Positions 63,099-64,000 of a DNA stretch of 64,000 nucleotides are shown here, piece after piece (position 1 is the stretch's first letter; every line of letters begins with the position of its first letter). This DNA comes from Bugula neritina. Its lineage: Eukaryota > Animalia > Bryozoa. The stretch is taken from NCBI GenBank assembly GCA_964035545.1, contig OZ037773.1, positions 3,625,751-3,689,750 of the forward strand. The letters are read 5' to 3'. The notes below the pieces were generated by a model that saw nothing but the letters and a program-made list of their open reading frames with translations, was not told the DNA's origin and made no database searches. The position numbers and the translations under genes are program-made.

Positions 63099-64000
63099 GC
63101 GTGTCCACAGAGACTACTCTATGATTATTTTATTGGGCTAGTAACGGCCCTACAAGCTGTAAATCTTCATAGTTTCTATCAAAACAATAATATTCTGAAT
63201 TTAATGTTATAATTCATGTAGCATTATTCATTTGTAACTACTGTTAGAAATCAAAATATCTGCCACCAGCAGAAAATCCTGTTTTTTGGTTTCTGATTAG
63301 TTGTATTTGATTTTATAATCTTAATTTCAACAGATTGCTATGATTTCTGTCCCTAGATAATCTTTTTTTAATGCTAGAGGTCTCATCACCAACTCAGTGA
63401 CTTTGTACACTACATTATCTTTTCTTTATATGTAGCTGTGTACGTCAATTATGTTCGAAAATATCTGAATATAGTTAGAAATTCAGCTCCGATTTGTTTG
63501 TATTGCAGTGCAGGTAAATAATATAGCAATGGTTTTATTAGCAATGGCAGTTGCCATAGCAACAAATGTTACTAAACAGCGGTAATTGTACTAATTGCAA
63601 AGCATGGGTAGATTATGTTTTAGCTAAATGTTAATTTATTTTTCTCTTTCCGATGATGTATTTATAATTTTTACCTAAATTAATAAACGTTATAAAACAA
63701 ACAGAAACAATGGTGTCATTTAAATTTTGCATTATGTCTTAGTGTTATATTAATTTACATATGCAACTTTGTGTTTGAATATTGTAGTGCATTATATGCA
63801 GTGCTATGACAAAAATAGGTTGTGAGAAAATATTTTTTCTCATAAAACAAGCTTAGTAAGCAAAGTTTCTCTAATATTGAACACAGAGCAAATGCTTTAA
63901 AAAAACATTTTCTAAAAGAAGAATGACCATGACCTTTTATTAACTATCCCATTCGGTTCTGCTGAACTAGTGAAATAATTAGGAGACAATCACAAAACTT

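Overview
AT-rich, intron-rich animal genomic DNA, probably a marine lophotrochozoan-type invertebrate (species cannot be determined from the sequence). I reconstructed six spliced genes by hand from GT-AG junctions and reading-frame continuity: (1,2) a tandem pair of SLC5/SGLT-type Na+/sugar cotransporters (+; the first lacks exon 1 in this window) with a mosaic of near-identical and strongly diverged exons; (3) an unusual secreted matrix metalloproteinase (+) with a remodelled structural-zinc loop, a candidate 12-nt microexon and an acid-free Lys/Arg/Ser tail in place of a hemopexin domain; (4) a kynurenine formamidase-like hydrolase (-) lying head-to-head with (5) DRAP1/NC2-alpha (+), which has a U12-type intron and a long tail with an AT-hook, SUMO sites and a PxDLS motif; (6) a calexcitin-like EF-hand protein (+). 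Repeats include an Academ-type DNA transposon that may be nested, several MITEs, four copies of a tRNA-derived SINE and many minisatellites, which account for most of the long low-complexity ORFs in the track. The most striking element is a 331-bp miniature LTR retroelement at 9449-9779 (TG..CA ends, 5-bp TSD). Each of its LTRs is essentially a tRNA-like Pol III gene, and its primer-binding position is complementary to the 5' (not 3') end of tRNA-Phe.
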